Shown here: positions 22,621 to 35,030 of the stretch, piece by piece | How positions within the stretch are numbered: position 1 is the first letter of the stretch | Layout of the letters: the number at the start of each line of letters is the position of its first letter | Source of the DNA: Mobula hypostoma | Taxonomy: Eukaryota | Direction: 5' to 3' | Assembly (NCBI RefSeq): GCF_963921235.1 | Contig: NC_086118.1 | Span: 22,694,001 to 22,758,000 of the forward strand | DNA length: 64,000 bases | Notes under the pieces: model-generated | Seen by the model: only the letters and a program-made list of their open reading frames with translations | Databases searched by the model: none | What the model was told of the DNA's origin: nothing | Position numbers and translations under genes: made by a program

Positions 22621-23559
22621 GGCAAGAGAAGAACAGAGAATTGCACGTAGGATTGTAAATCTTTGAGCGTTCTACCTCAGAGGACTGTGGATGCTAACTA
22701 GTGAACTCCAAGAGTTTATTCAATGAACAATGGAAAAAAGGTGATTCTTTTTGAAGATATGATGCTTGTGAAACCCTCGAGAGGAAGTTTAAAATATATG
22801 ACATTGATCACTTGTAATGTAATGCTGATACTGGTGCAAAGAAAATTTGGAAAACATTTCAATTTTAGCAATGACATCAAATCAAGTTGATGAGCACACA
22901 ATCTTCCAAATGCAGCAGATTCTGTTTCTTGAGAGTTGTGCATTAGGGAAAGCAAATCACATTTATTTTGCATTAGTGAGGTTAACTAAATCATTGATCT
23001 GTGTGAAAATTGCTACTATGGTTTATTTTAATTTTTTTTGCTGGAAGCAAGTCAGCTAAACAACTTAAACAGCGAAAGATCAGCCATTGTGTTATCAATC
23101 CTTTTGTTGAGATACCCCTCAAAAGCACAGGGGATTAGCCATGGCATTTTGACAGGACTTAAAACAGCAATTGTATGTATTGTTGGCAAAGTGTTCCCAC
23201 TTAAAACAGACGGGGGATGGGGGAGAAGAGGCAGGGGCTGCAGTAGCAGGACAGGAAGGACATTATATTCATCCACAATGACATCAGTCTGCACCCCATT
23301 TATTCCTGCAGTACCCTCCCAGTCTTTTAGCTAAACTTATTCACAAACTAGAGGACATCAATGTGGACAAACTGAAATGATGAATACAGAGTATGGATAC
23401 AATGAGCAACCCAGTCTATGACAATATGCACTGTAATTGAAGGCAACAGAAAGATTTAAAAAATCAAACCTTGTAGAATGAAATTATTGAGGATGAATAT
23501 GTTTCCAATAAGTGTATAGAACAATATTTTTTGTTTTAAATCTGAAGATGCAGCTCAAC

Positions 23560-23925
23560 GAAAAGGCAGAAAAAGCTGGAAATGCAGAGTAGGGCGGGGA
23601 ACATCTGTGGAAAGAGAAGAAAACCTTTCAGATTGGGGACTCATCTGATGAAGTGTCCTGAACCTGAATTATTAACCATTTCTCTTTATACAGAAGCTGT
23701 CTGACCTGCCGAGCATTCTCAGCATTTCACAGACACAAGAGGTACTACAGATGCTGGAAATCTAGAGCAATACACACAATGTGCTGAGGGAGCTCAGCAG
23801 TTCATACAGAGTCCTAATGAACGGTCTCAATTAGAAATGTCGACTGGTTATTCTCATCCATACATGTTGCCTGACCTGCTGAGCTATTCCAACACGTTGC
23901 TTATTCCCAGCATTTTCTGTTTATA
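23560..23925. mobile_element. Two nested degenerate Penelope-terminus mini-elements
   Basis: Outer copy with ctgatgaagtgtcctgaacctgaa; inner copy (about 23730-23900) with cctaatgaacggtctcaattagaaatgtcgac. Confidence 0.6.
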
Positions 23926-24789
23926 TCTTTTACAAAATAGGCCCGCCTTGTCCAATAGTTTGATCTTCTAGATTGGGAGCACCATGATATTCTTTGACTA
24001 CCATGTTTCCTTGATCTGGTTATTTTAGGATTGCTAGACTTGTGGCAAATTATCTAATTCATATGCAGTTGGTCAGTCAGAAATTTTACTCTTCAACATT
24101 CAACTATAGCAAAGGAAAATGCCAGTTTCTCTCCTAACTGAGAATGTTCTATATTAAAGGAAACTGATTATTAATTTATAGACCAAGCCCAGAAGGCATT
24201 GATGGTTTATTACCACTGCGTGTGAGCACTGATTTTATTTTACCCTGTGCTACATTTCTGATCTGGGATTTCTGAGAAATTATTATTTTCTACCTTGACA
24301 TGACACTTGTGACATGATGACCTTGGGTCACAAATGTTACTTTTTTGAATGCATTAGATCTTCTTTGAAAATAATGTTAGTGTGTGGTACTAGCTGATGA
24401 GCAACTTTCAGAGAGGATATTCAAACCCTCTCCCATTTCTCACAAGTCAGACTGCAGCCTTGAAAGCACAGAATGTTCATTCATATGTGGTCAATAATTA
24501 TGAATCAAATTAACTTCAGATAATAAATATTACCAAAAATATCAGTAATGAATTTAAATTGCATATGATTCATGCTGTACTCAACAACTTGTAATCACAT
24601 GAGTATCATTGGTTAAAATTTAAGAATTTAACAATCTTGGATTATTTACTGTATAGATGAAACAAATGAAAATAAAATCAGAAATCAATCAATTAATACA
24701 TCAAAGTAGGTTAATTATTTGAAATGATTTATTATATATATGTCAGTGAACTATTTTAATGTTAATTCTATTTATTTATTCATTGAGAG

Positions 24790-24955
24790 ACAGTGCAAAA
24801 TAGGCCCTTCCAACCTTTTGAGCCGCACCGACAAGCAATTCCCTGATTTAATCCTAGTCTATTCACAGGACAGTTTACAATGACCAATTAATGCCCTTAG
24901 ATTGTGGGAGGTAACCGGAGCATCCGGGGGGGAGACCCATGCGGTCATGGGAAGT
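24790..24955 (-). mobile_element. V-SINE fragment
   Basis: Shares ctgatttaatcctagt..tttacaatgaccaattaa..tgtgggagg with 1075-1320. Confidence 0.7.
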
Positions 24956-25879
24956 GAGTGATGTATGAATTGTTTGACAGGGATCATTCATTTTTAATGA
25001 ATAATTAATAAACCATAACATGCAATAGGGAGGAATGGCAAAAGAGCAGAGTTAGGGTTTATTCAGTGGTTGAATTGTTGAAGACAGACAGTAAACATAT
25101 TATTGGAGAAGCAGGTTCCAGTCTCCTTGCTAGATTATTTCTGTCACCTTGGTAGAAAAGTGACTTAAAATTGGTGCTTGGCATTTGATATGCCATCAAG
25201 CTGCTGAAGTAAAAGCTAGCTCTTCACGCTTTTGGATCTCCAAAATCTTTGTCAATGAATAACAAAGACGTGCAAGGAAGACCTTGCATTGTAATTGATA
25301 CAATGGGTTTAACCCCATCAAAGGCTAGAGTTCAATCAGCAAGTCTTTAGTGTATTAACAATTGTTTTTGTTTCCTTAAGATCCAATAAATTAACTTTCA
25401 GTGATTCCTGTTGAAAAATATTTTGGGATCACTGGTTCTCAATCGTTAAAGCTTCATCACTGAGTAATGTTATTTTCCGAATTTTAAGTATTTCTTTGAT
25501 GAGACTATACTGGAAGACATAGTATACAGTATATGGAAAAAAACATGCAGCCCATGGTTAGCATGTGATCTAACTAGCCTTTGCTGAGATTCTCCCTGCC
25601 CTGCTGAGCTTTCTGTTTTTATTTGATTTCTGGCATTTCCAGTTTCATTGATATTCATTTTGCTGAGCTCGATACACCACTCAATCCTCCCTGTGTTTTC
25701 TTTACCTAACTCTCTCACAACAGTCCAGTGCATTCTCTGTAGTTACATATCTAATCTCCTCCATAAGGACATCTATAGACCTCAGCCATTCTCTGAAAGG
25801 CAAGTACTCACTGCTCATTGATAAAGGTTTCCTCTGAACTTCCTATATGCTTCCTTGTTGATTGACTCTGGAGTAATAG

Positions 25880-26210
25880 AATTATGCAGCACAGAGAAAC
25901 AGCCCTTGGACCACCAGGTCCCCAATGAACATTGAAGCATCCATTGACATTAATCCTATACTATAACAAATGTGTTCATTCCACATTTCTGTCATCTCTC
26001 TCCAGGTTTTAACACTTACCTGCATGCAGGAGCAATTGTCCAGGTGACCTATAATCCACAAATTTTGAGGGTGTGGGAGGCAACCAGGGGAAACTTTGGG
26101 GCTCACAGGGAGAACCAGTAGACTCCACATGCAGACTCTGAGCTCAGGACTGAATCCAACCTGCTGGAATTCTGAGGCAACAGCTTAACTGGCTGTGCCA
26201 CTGCTGACCC
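25880..26210 (-). mobile_element. Old V-SINE-type SINE
   Basis: tgtgggaggcaaccaggggaaac..cacagggagaa..actccaca motif and degenerate tRNA head. Confidence 0.6.
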
Positions 26211-26345
26211 CGCACCCTGACTCCATCCCCTCCTTACTGCACATGGTACTCCTAGGCAATCTCCCATGCAAATAGTAGATCCTGAGATCAGGCAAGATTC
26301 AACATGTTACTCTATTTTATTGCTCATTGTGCCCTCACATAAATG

Positions 26346-26934
26346 CAGACATCTCACCTCTCCCGGAAGTTCCGGGAGTCTCCCGCATATGAATAGTGGC
26401 TCCTTGATGCCCGCAAATTATATACAATATCACAGAAATCAATTTTTTTGAGAGCAAGCGAGAGAAAGCAAGAGAGAGTACAAGAGCGACCATGAGAGAG
26501 TGTGTGCGAGAGAGAGAGAGAGCGAGAGAGAGAGAGTGAGTGAGAGAGAAACCAAGCAAGAGCGCGCGAGCGAGAAAGCAAGCGAGAGCACGCCATGGCA
26601 GAGAGTTCCAAAAAAAATATAAAATGTACGTCACCCCAGACTACACTAAAGTGTACCCCCCCCCAATAGGGGTCAAAAATAATGACAGTGTTGCTCGCTG
26701 CACTGTTTGCAACAGTGACTTTTCTATTGCCCATGGTGGGTTAAGACTGTAAAAGACATGTTGAGGTGAGTTTAACAGGTGTCATTCATTCATTAGCATA
26801 GCTAACGTTATTTAAACTAGCTGGCCGGCTGCTAAGGAGCTACTCTATTGCAGACATCCCACCTCTCCCGGAAGTCTCCCGCAAATTGATGGTGCTACCT
26901 CCTTGAAATGAGTTTTTGCAGGGTGGGATGTCTG
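26346..26934 (+). mobile_element. Non-autonomous TIR DNA transposon (hAT-like) with 6-bp TSD and zinc-finger remnant
   Basis: TIRs CAGACATCTCACC/GGTGGGATGTCTG; TAAATG at 26340-26345 and 26935-26940; encodes ARCTVCNSDFSIAHGG...KRHVE followed by a GTGAGT splice donor. Confidence 0.85.
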
Positions 26935-27005
26935 TAAATGTAATAATTCTACAGACTTTGACACTCTTGCTGGCTTCATTTTACAGGAGGAACAGCATCT
27001 TAGAC

Positions 27006-27084
27006 CAGGGGTTCCCAACCTTTTTTACATATGGATCAATGCCACTAAGTAAGGGGTTCATGGACCCCAGGTTGGGAACCCCTG
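27006..27084. mobile_element. hAT-Charlie-type MITE
   Basis: TIRs CAGGGGTTCCCAACC/GGTTGGGAACCCCTG; imperfect 8-bp TSD TCTTAGAC/ACCTAGAC. Confidence 0.85.
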
Positions 27085-28714
27085 ACCTAGACAACTGGAT
27101 CTTTCCTGATAGCATTTTTTTTGCTGGAACCATCATTTACTGCACCCTCTCCTCTTTATGACATGCTGATTGGAACTGAACACAGTCTTCCATTCCGGAC
27201 CTACCAAGGTTCACTGTAAGCTTGACTTGAATTCAGTACTATTATATCTGAGGTTGCCATTCTGCATGATGCTTGTGAAAATAAACCTCCAAAAGAGTCA
27301 TGAAACCAGAGAAGGTTATGCCACAACAAACTGGAATGAATTAATGTAAGAACATTACAACTGGGTAAAATAGGTAACTGCTACCTGACATCATTTTTTC
27401 TCTTCAGTGACTGCTAATTTTTCATTCTGCAAAATACATTGAGACCGGAGAAAGGAGCAATTGGGAATGAATCAATTGATTGCTCTGAACAGACTGGAGT
27501 AGCCCAAAATGAACTGCATTAACAAAGACAACATTGCAGAACCAGACAAGACTGATGATAAGAATGTTGCCACTGGTGTATTCCAGAATAATGCTTACTG
27601 GAACCAAGTGTTTGATTCGGCTGCATGTGTGATTAATGTGACACATTGAAAGAAGTTTGGTTGTTGGCATTTATAACTGTCAGAAACTTGGAGTTTTTGC
27701 TGACAAAAATCAAGTCATAATTACCGTACCATAAAGAGCCATAAAGTTTCCCTGCAATTTTGGAACCAGAGCTCCTCTTGTAAATCAGCACATGGAGTAG
27801 TAATTCTCCTTCTCTGGTAAACAGCATTTAGCAGGTTATGTTAAATTGTGTTATGCTTTAGGAGTGATACAGTCATATATCACTGCACTGAGATGATTAG
27901 AACATGCACAATGTGAGAGTGTTAAGGGTTCAATGAATTGCTCATGAGTACAGAAGAGCACATTTCAAGTTCCATTACTTATTGATACACTCACCATTTT
28001 TCCAGCTCCCAAAGACATTAACATCATTGCATCATAGACACATTCACTTGAGGTGTACAATAAAAATACTGTGAGCATGTACCAAGTGTAACAATTTACT
28101 TTGCAGCGTGAATCTATCCTTGTCTGAGAACATTCTCAGTAAATGCAATAAAATTGTGGCTAAAAATTCAGTCTCTACACACAGACTCTAAGAGAAATTC
28201 ACAAGGGTCATTTACGATATTTTATCTTGGATCTCCCTTATTGGTGAGTGCAAATTCACACATCTTGGAGAGTGTCTCCTTGTCTGGTGATCTGGGGAAG
28301 CTTTCATAGCCAAGAGTGAGACATTGATGAAATCTAAATCTCAGAACACCGTCACAGAAACTCCAGTTTATTATGGCCCCTGAAAGGCCAGCAATAACTC
28401 CTGATCTAACCAGGGTGGCTGAACATTCACAAACACTTAATTTTCCCATGTTTTAATTTGAAAATGTATTAGAGTTACTTGACTCCAATTTCACCAGATC
28501 AAATAGAGCTCTATAGGCTTTATTCTTCCATAGACGTGAATTTATTTTTGGAACGCACTTTAGCCCAGCATTTGACTTTTCAGCTACCTTTTCTACCTAG
28601 GACAGGAATAACCAGTGAGCTCTCAGTTGCATTTTGTTTAAGTTCCCCTCCCCAGTTCCAGAGTGACCTATCTATCTTGATCCTCTCCACTGCCATATTG
28701 AGACCAAATAATTT

Positions 28715-29200
28715 CTAGAAGACGACGCCATATATGCCTCATAACTCGGGCGGCCTACAACCAGTGGTATGAACATAGAATTTTCTAACTTCAGGCAGTC
28801 CTCACCCCCTATGATCTAATGGTCCAAATAGGTTCTCTCTTCCTTTCTTCACCTCTTCCAGTTCCATCTGCCCATCATCCACACACCTATCCACTAGGGT
28901 TTCTTCTTCCCTGGCCTACCTCCACTATCCCCTCCACTATCTGGTTGCATCTGTCCATCATTCCTCCCCTATCTGGTTCCACTCATCAATTTCACTCCCT
29001 CGCCCTCCCCTCCCCATCCTCTCCCATCTACTGGGCTCCATCTTCTAATCTTGATTGTTCTCTTGTTTGTCCATCTTCCGATAGTTTTTTTTCTTTTATT
29101 TTCCTTATCTGTTTCTACCTATCACTCACCAATCTCTTAGCTCTTCACTCCCTCTTCCCCATCACCTGCCATCATCCCCCACCTCACTAGTTTCTACTCA
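28715..29200 (+). mobile_element. Penelope-like element 3' terminus (old)
   Basis: GGLQPVV/GMNIEFSNFR-like motif at 28750-28795, then a long pyrimidine-rich UTR. Confidence 0.65.
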
Positions 29201-29474
29201 TCATCTAGCAAGCACCGTCCTACACACTCCCCTCTCATTTCTGTCAAAGACCATACAACACTCTCGATCCTTTCTCCACACAAAAAGTGTGGGGCCTCTT
29301 TGCCTCCACAGAACCTGCCAAGTTCCTCCAGCAGGTTGTTTCTTTGCTGCAGATTCTGGCATTTGTTGTCTATTAGAGCCAGAATGTGTGGCAACACTTG
29401 TGGGCTGCCCCCAGCACATCTTTCTGTTGTGTTGGTTATTAGCTCAAATGACTCATTTCACTGTATTTATTTAG

Positions 29475-29732
29475 AGATATAGCATGGAACAGGCCTTTAC
29501 GTCACACTACTCAGCAATCCCAGCCTAGTCACAGGACAATTTACAATGACCAATTAACCTACAAACCAGTACGTCTTTAGATTGTGGGAGAAACTTGGAG
29601 AACCAGGAGGAAACCCACACGCTCACAGGAAGGATGTACAAACTTCTTACATAGAAGGCCAGAATTGACCTCCAACTTCTGAATCCCCTGAGCTGCAATA
29701 GCGTCACACAAACCACTACACAACGTGGCGCC
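29475..29732 (-). mobile_element. V-SINE copy
   Basis: Same family as 1075-1320 (ggacaatttacaatgaccaattaacctac..tgtgggagaaac..gaggaaacccacac). Confidence 0.75.
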
Positions 29733-29894
29733 CCGTCCCACTGTAATCTTACAGGCCTTTTGAGAAGGCTGTCACAATTCACTTTTTTTTGTGCTGCTTT
29801 CAACAAAATCAGAACAAACTACGTTCAGCAATCTGACGGTGCTCCTCAACCCACCTGTGAAGAGGAAGTTCTCCTCTGCAACCATCAATAGTAT

Positions 29895-31580
29895 GCATGT
29901 GAAACCCAATGGTATGAATGGCAGCGATGCTTCACTACCAGATGGACTCAATGCCTTCTATGTCCGCTTTGCAAGGGAGAACACAATTACAGCTGTGAAG
30001 ATTCCTGCTGCACCTGATGACCCTGTAATCTCCATCTCAGAGACTGATGTTAGACTATCTTTAAAGAGAGTGAACCCTCACAAGGCAGAAGGTCCCAATG
30101 GAGTACCTCGTAAAGCTCTGAAAACCTGTGCCAACCAATTAGCAGGAGTATTCAAGGACATTTTCAACCTCTCACTGCTACAGGCAGAAGTTCCCACTTG
30201 TTTCGAAAAGGCAACAGTTATACCAGTGCCTAAGAAGAATAATGTGGACTGCCTCAATGACTATCACCCGGAAGCACTCACATGGACAGTGATGAAATGC
30301 TTTGAGAGGTTGATCATGACTAGACTGAACTCCTTCCTCAGTAAGGAACTGGACCCATTGCAATTTGCCTATCGTCACAATAGGTCAATGGCAGATGCAA
30401 TCTCAATGGCTCTCCACACGGTTTTAGACCACCTAGACAACACAAACACATACGTCAGGATGCTGTTCATTGACAATAGCTCAGCATTTAATACCATCAC
30501 TCCCAAATCCTGATTGAGAAGTTGCAGAACCTGGGCCTCTGTACTCTCCTCTGTAATTGGATCCTCGACTTCATAACTGGAGGACCACAGTCTGTGTGGA
30601 TTGGTGATAACATATCCTCCTCGCTGATGATCAACACTAGTACACCTCGGGTGTGTGCTTAGCCCACTGCTCTACTCTCTATATACACATGACTGTGTGG
30701 CTAGGCAGAGCTCCAATACCATCTATAAATTTGCTGACGATACAACCATTGTTGGTAGAATCTCAGATAGTGACAAGAGGGTGCACACGAGTGAGATATG
30801 CCAACTAGTGGAATGGTGCCACAGCAACAACCTGGCACTCAACGTCAGTAAGTCAAAAGAACTGATTGTGGACTTCAGGAAAGGTAAGACGAAGGAACAC
30901 ATTCTAATCCTCATAAAGGGATCACAAGTGGAGAGAGTGAGCAGCTTCAAGTTTCTGGGTGTCAAGATCTCTGAGGATCTAGCAACACACATGAAAGTTG
31001 CTGGTGAACGCAGCAGGCCAGGCAGCATCTCTAGGAAGAGATACATTCGACGTTTTGGGCCGAGACCCTTCGTCAGGATGGAGGGGCTACTGCACAGGAC
31101 CAAAAGAAGCTGCAGAAGGTTGTAAATCTAGTCAGCTCCATCTTTGGGCACTAGTCTACAAAGTACCCAGGACACCTTTAGAGAGTGGTGTCTCAGAAAG
31201 GCAGCATCCATTATTAAGGACCTCCAGCACCTTTTCTCACTGTTACCATCAGGTAGGAGGTACAGAAGCCTGAAGGCACACACTCAGCGATTCAGGAACA
31301 GCTTCTTCCCCTCTGCCATCCAATTCCTAAATGAAAATTGAAGCTTTGGACACTACTTCACATTTTTTTATTTTAGTATATAGTATTTCTGTTTTTGCAT
31401 GTTTTTAAAAATCTATTCAATATACGCAATTGATTTACTTGTTTTTTTATTATTATTATGTTCTATTTTATTAATTTTTTTTCTCTCTGCTAGATTATGT
31501 ATTGCATTGAGCTGCTGCTAAGTTAACAGATTGCATGTCACATGCTGGTGATAATAAAGCTGATTCTGATCCTGATTCTG
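29895..31580 (+). mobile_element. Rex1/Rex-Babar LINE, 5'-truncated, frameshifted RT
   Basis: [62 protein letters not shown]; (GATTCT)n tail at about 31560-31580. Confidence 0.92.
30982..31078 (-). mobile_element. Penelope-terminus fragment replacing part of the Rex1 RT
   Basis: Reverse complement matches 11606-11700. Rex1 coding sequence between SEDL and GGATAQD is missing. Confidence 0.8.
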
Positions 31581-33887
31581 ATTTTCCTATCACCACTGCG
31601 ATACTGAGGTTTAATTTGATTGTGAATTAACTTTCGCATACAGGATACAATTACCAAATTTCAAAAGTTGATAAACTGGATGATTGCCAGTCCATAATAA
31701 GGTACACCTCTTGTCATTATTGGCAGGGGGAGTCGTGGAATGGGGTGGAGCAGAGGGAGAGAGGGTAGGTACCTCATGTAGGTTCATTTTCATTAAATTC
31801 ATATTACTGCGTGCATTGATGCATACAGCAATATTGTTTAAAAATAAAACTGAGGTATATGTTGCAGCTACATTGGGAACATTGGGAAAAATGGAGAGAG
31901 CTCTGAAATCCTGTATTTCAATTTGCGTGTATGTGACAATTAGTCTCTTGCATGATCTCAAGATAACCTAGATACCTAAAGGTTTGGGTGCATCTGAACT
32001 CAACCACTCAGTGTACGTCTGTCAAAGCAACATTTAACTTGTCCATGATTTCAGGGTTTATAACCATTATCTAACACAGTAAGGAAGAACAGACATGTAT
32101 TTATTTTGAACTTTTCACAATGTCAGGATATCTTAAACTACTTTAAAGCTAATTAAGTTACTCCAATTCCTGCAATGAGTGAAACATACTAAACTGAATT
32201 CAGCAAGGCAACATGAACTGTAATGCAATACTATTTTTCGCAGGGGTGGGGGGGCTGTGAGTAGAGGGCTTTAAATTGGACAAGCTCACCAAGGAGGACT
32301 TCATGTGATTCTTCAAAATAGAGCCAAGTAATCTTTTGCTTTCATCTGAAGGGACTGAAAGAGCCTTGGTTTAATGTCTCACTCAAAATTGCATCTGCAA
32401 TCATACAGGCCTCACAGAGAACTGCACAGCAGTGAATATCTGTTCCTTAAATAGCCTCTTTGTGCTGCAGAGACTCTTTCAATTTGAAGCAGTCATGTAA
32501 TGTGCTAGGGTATCTGGAACCTTGAATGAGCCCATTTATATTGCAGAAAGGATATCTGATGACTAGTAGTGATAGAAAAAAACAACTATTGACTATGCCC
32601 AAGGTTGCAATTCTGACTTTCCCTAAATGACTTCCAATTTTCCGTAATGTTGGAAAGGATCTGCATGAACCAAGAATGGAAAAATCATAGCAGTGGCTGC
32701 ACAGTGCAGCATTATACGCCAGAAGGGATGCTCACAGTGGCTGCAGTTTGTCCAGAATGAATTACTAACTCCGATAGAATCCAGAATCTAGTTTAGATTG
32801 TCTCAGTGACGTGAGTGTACCCTGAGTGATTTAGAACCATGACTTTGCATTTGATTGAATGAGAAGTTTTAAGTCGTGATATAAATGAAATAGTGGTTTT
32901 TTAAAGAAACAAATTGTTCAGTACAATCTAGATATAGAGTGTGAAGAGCGTTCAGTCCTTTTCCGATATTGTTTACTAGTAACTGTCAAGGGTGACTTAA
33001 AATGTTGGCCTTGTGATGCCATTCTGGAGAAAATTGTGCCATATTTTATAAATAACAACTTCTTTCTGAGATAAACAATAATTTATGTGGCTATATTTCA
33101 GCTGGTCAAGAAAGCTGGAAAGGAAGCCCTAGAACTGTCCTTATAAATAGTCATCAACCCTGCTTTTCTCTTCACAGATGCTGCCTGGCTTGCTGAGCAT
33201 TCTTTGCTTTTATTTCAATTTCCTTGTAATTGCATTTGTTTGCTTTCCCACTTACACTTTCTAATTCAGAAATAGCTCATTATAAGGGAACAACCATTCT
33301 GCAAGGAATGAACATTACACAGAAATATGACTTCCCGATCCCCAAGGCTATTCTAGCCACTGAACCCTTTATCTGTGAGGTTGAAAAGGTCCTCAGAAGA
33401 TGCAATAGAAGAATAAACTAAATGATAGTTCCTCTTATGAACGAATGCCAGCAAAGATCAATGAGCGGTCTTTTTCCTTCAGTATTAATTAATATGAGAG
33501 AGAAGGAATACAGTTTCAATTGTGTAATGGTCATGGTACTCCCAAAAATGTTTCTCAACATTTAACACTTGGAGATATTGTGTTATGGAGTATTAAATAT
33601 TGTATGAAAGTCTAAACAGCTCTAAGGGATACTTTAACTTTCGTGAACTTGCTGCTATACTTTGTATTGGTCTCCTTCAGTTTTTGGTGTTTTCATTCTT
33701 GTTGCTGATTGGTAGGTGGGCGATATGTTACCTTTTGTTGGGGGGGAGTTGGGGAGTTGGGGTTTTGGGGTCTGATGTTGTTTTTCTGTGTGGGCAATCT
33801 ATTAGTTTTTTTGTGTGTGAGGTGGGGGGTTGGGGATTTTGATGCTACTGTTGCTGTCCTTTTCTGTGAGGAAGGGATTGGTGGATT

Positions 33888-35030
33888 TACATAGAACATA
33901 GAAATTAGGTGCAGGAGTAGGCCATTCGGCCCTTCGAGCCTGCACCGCCATTTATTATGATCATGGCTGATCATCCAACTCAGAACCCTGCCCCAGCCTT
34001 CCCTCCATACCTCCTGATCCCCGTAGCCACAAGGGCCATATCTAACTCCCTCTTAAATATAGCCAATGAACTGGCCTCAACTGTTTCCTGTGGCAGAGAA
34101 TTCCACAGATTCACCACTCTCTGTGTGAAGAAGTTTTTCCTAATCTCAGTCCTAAAAGGCTTCCCCTTTATCCTCAAACTGTGACCCCTCATTCTGGACT
34201 TCCCCAACATCGGGAACAATCTTCCTGCATCTAGCCTGTCCAATCCCTTTAGGATTTTATACATTTCAATCAGATCCCCCCTCAATCTTCTAAATTCCAA
34301 CGAGTACAAGCCCAGTTCATCCAGTCTTTCATCATATGAAAGTCCTGCCATCCCAGGAATCAATCTGGTGAACCTTCTTTGTACTCCCTCTATGGCAAGG
34401 ATGTCTTTCCTCAGATTAGGGGACCAAAACTGCACACAATACTCCAGGTGTGGTCTCACCAAGGCCTTGTACAACTGCAGTAGTACCTCCCTGCTCCTGT
34501 ACTCGAATCCTCTTGCTATAAATGCCAGCATACCATTCGCCTTTTCACCGCCTGCTGTACCTGCATGCCCACTTTCAATGACTGGTGTATAATGACACAT
34601 AGGTCTCGTTGCACCTCCCCTTTTCCTAATCGGCCACCATTCAGATAATAATCTGTTTTCCTATTTTTGCCACCAAAGTGGATAACTTCACACTTATCCA
34701 CATTAAATTGCATCTGCCATGAATTTGCCCACTCACCCAACCTATCCAAGTCACTCTGCATCCTCCCAGCATCCTCCTCACAGCTAACACTGCCACCCAG
34801 CTTCATGTCATCCGCAAACTTGGAGATGCTGCATTTAATTCCCTCATCCAAGTCATTAATATATATTGTAAACAACTGGGGTCCCAGCACTGAGCCTTGC
34901 GGTACCCCACTAGTCACCACCTGCCATTCTGAAAAGGTCCTGTTTATTCCGACTCTTTGCTTCCTGTCTGCTAACCAACTCTCTATCCACATCAATACCT
35001 TACCCCCAATACCGTGTGCTTTAAGTTTGC
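33888..35030 (-). mobile_element. CR1 LINE, 5'-truncated, RT C-terminal half
   Basis: SGVPQGSVLGPQLF, SKFADDMKL, LYKALVRPHLEYCVQFWSP, FFTQRVVNLWNSLP; (TTCTATG)-type tail at about 33888-33905. Confidence 0.95.

Noticed and set aside
30655..31125. RT ORF with a novel basic C-terminal tail
   Set aside because: The tail is read-through into the Penelope-terminus insert at 30982-31078.
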